Of a stretch of 16,324 nucleotides of DNA, positions 14,401-16,324 are shown piece after piece (the first letter of the stretch is position 1; the number at the start of each line of letters is the position of its first letter). Where the stretch lies: positions 1-16,324 of the forward strand of contig CAYLZE010000113.1 of the NCBI GenBank assembly GCA_964388035.1, given 5' to 3'. The position numbers and the translations under genes were made by a program. The notes below the pieces were generated by a model that was not told where the DNA came from, searched no databases, and saw only the letters and a program-made list of their open reading frames with translations. This stretch comes from an uncultured archaeon (GTDB taxonomy: Archaea > Asgardarchaeota > Lokiarchaeia > Sigyniarchaeales > SOKP01).

Positions 14401-16044
14401 TTAATTTTTCTTCTCTTCTTTCTCCCGCAGTTCTCTATGTAAGACTTTTCCCACAATGGTTTTTGGAATTTCCTCTATAAATTCAACGAATCTGGGATAT
14501 TTATCAAACGCCATGTTTTCTTTTGCCCACTCGATAATATCTTGTTCCGAAGTGTTCTCTTTATATTTTTCTTTTAAAACCACGTAAGCTTTGATATTTT
14601 CTTTCCCTTCATCGTCAATAATGCCTATCACCGCACAATCCTGAATTTTTTCATTATAAAACAATAGTTCTTCAACTTCTGTGGGATATACTGAATGCCC
14701 TTTATACTTTATCAAATTTTTTAATCTCTCTTTTATTACGAAATAGCCATCTTCATCCATTAATGCCAAATCTCCGGTCCATAACCACCCATCTTTAATT
14801 GTATTATTTGTTGCCTCTTCTCTTTTATAATAACCTTTCATCATCTGTGGGCCTTTTACCACCAATTCTCCAATTTCATTTATTCCAAGGGTATTTCCTT
14901 GAGAATCGCAAATCTTGCAATTAGTGTTTGGAAAGGGCATTCCTATTGTTCCTGGCTTGTTATTTTCATCAAAGGGATTAGCTGTCACGGCGGGTGACAT
15001 CTCTGTTAAACCATAAGCTTCCCGTAATTTCGCTCCAGTGAGCTCTTCAAATTTTCGCCTTATATCATCAGGCAAGGGTCCAGCAGAGCTTAAACAATAT
15101 TTTATACTAGAAAGATCATGTTTTTCAATCTCTTCATAATTATTTAAATTATTAAAGATTGCGGCAACACCTGGAAAAATAGTTGTCTTCGAGGCTTCAA
15201 TCACCTCGATAACCTCGTGAGCCTCTCTCGGATTGAAAACACACGCTATTTTTGCTCCGAGATGGATTCCCAAATTCATCATGAATCCCATGTAAATGTG
15301 ATAAAATGGCAATGCAGCTAGAAAGACTTCTTTTCCAGGCTCTTTTTCTACAAACCATGACTTTGCTTGGTATACGTTAGATGCGATACTACCATGAGTA
15401 AGCATGGCTGCTTTGGGAAAACCCGTTGTTCCTCCCGTATATTGCAGCATCGCTAAATCATTTGGAGAGATCTGAACGATGGGGGGATTTGGTTCTGTTT
15501 CTCGTATTAAATCTTCAAATGTGGGGGGGCCTTCCATGGGGAATTGAGGAGGAGCCATGGGATCGGGCGATAAATAAGGAGCTAAACCGCTCGTGAAATA
15601 ACGTTCTTTTGATATTCCAGTATTTCCTATCACGGGATCTACAATACCTGAAAAGCCTTCCCAACCTATATATGCTTTCGCTTCGCTATCGTTGAGCTGG
15701 CGCTCTATTTCAAGTCCTTTAAATAAAGGTGAAATTGCTGTAACCACACCTCCCATTTTTAATATACCGTAATAATATGCAATAAAGGCAGGATTATTGG
15801 TAAAATGAATTGCAACGCAATCTCCTTTTGATAATCCTAATTCATGTAATTTAGTAGCAGTACGATAAATAACATCCAATAATTGCGTGTAGGTAAGCTC
15901 AAAACCCATAAAATGAGTCGCCGAGTTGTTGGCATATTCTTTAGCAGAATCCTCAACAAAATCTACTAAAGTCTTTTCTGGAATAATTAATTCCCTCGGT
16001 ACTCCTTGGGGCCATTTTTTATAATAGATTTTTTGGTCAGACAT
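14401..16044 (-). CDS. fadD: Long-chain-fatty-acid--CoA ligase (FadD/LcfA-like ANL enzyme)
   Basis: QYTGGTTGFPKAAMLTH; ALPFYHIY; EAYGLTE; GEL.VKGPQMMKGYY; GWLWTGD; PKT.VGKV. Confidence 0.9.
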   Translation of the reverse strand: MSDQKIYYKKWPQGVPRELIIPEKTLVDFVEDSAKEYANNSATHFMGFELTYTQLLDVIYRTATKLHELGLSKGDCVAIHFTNNPAFIAYYYGILKMGGVVTAISPLFKGLEIERQLNDSEAKAYIGWEGFSGIVDPVIGNTGISKERYFTSGLAPYLSPDPMAPPQFPMEGPPTFEDLIRETEPNPPIVQISPNDLAMLQYTGGTTGFPKAAMLTHGSIASNVYQAKSWFVEKEPGKEVFLAALPFYHIYMGFMMNLGIHLGAKIACVFNPREAHEVIEVIEASKTTIFPGVAAIFNNLNNYEEIEKHDLSSIKYCLSSAGPLPDDIRRKFEELTGAKLREAYGLTEMSPAVTANPFDENNKPGTIGMPFPNTNCKICDSQGNTLGINEIGELVVKGPQMMKGYYKREEATNNTIKDGWLWTGDLALMDEDGYFVIKERLKNLIKYKGHSVYPTEVEELLFYNEKIQDCAVIGIIDDEGKENIKAYVVLKEKYKENTSEQDIIEWAKENMAFDKYPRFVEFIEEIPKTIVGKVLHRELREKEEKKN

Positions 16045-16324
16045 GCTTCTTATAAATGCTTTTTATTATTTATTTTCTTCGACTGAACACGTTAAACTGA
16101 AAATAGTGTCCTTAAAAAATCAGTACTGAAAACGAAAACATGGAAGCTTAGAATTAAAAAAGATTAAAATCATTATTTTACCTTTTAATTATGAATTAGA
16201 AGTGATTAAAGTGCATTAAAATAAAGGGTGGATAAAAAATTTTAATATCAAAAAAGAGAATAGTTTTATATTCTCTTTACTTGAAATAAATAAATATCCC
16301 AAGTACCCACACCAGATTCTGTGT

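Noticed and set aside
16295-16324. Abruptly GC-richer sequence at the right edge (possible element end or gene end)
   Set aside because: Too short and truncated; no partner repeat found in the window.

Overview
AT-rich archaeal DNA, most likely from an Asgard archaeon (Lokiarchaeia-like). This rests on archaeal-type PheS/PheT/CoaD, TATA-like promoters and several eukaryote-signature proteins. The left 5.9 kb is a co-oriented minus-strand cluster that looks like an archaeal UFMylation module. In transcription order: ESCRT-II (Vps22/Vps36)-like tandem winged-helix protein > soluble SPFH+SHOCT protein > Cdc48/p97-N-domain + Zn-ribbon protein with no ATPase > UBA5-like E1 > JAMM/MPN+ protease whose whole length resembles eukaryotic ODR-4 > UFM1-like modifier. 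The modifier is not in the supplied ORF track; it ends ...IIDRGIVG, reads on and is cut by the window edge. The rest is housekeeping: GDP-mannose dehydratase-like SDR, bacterial-type RNase PH, pheS-pheT-pheA, CoaD, a Zn-ribbon membrane protein and an acyl-CoA ligase. A Phe-rich 20-codon ORF overlapping a hairpin lies upstream of pheS. All homology calls are by-eye comparisons with remembered family sequences; no searches were run.
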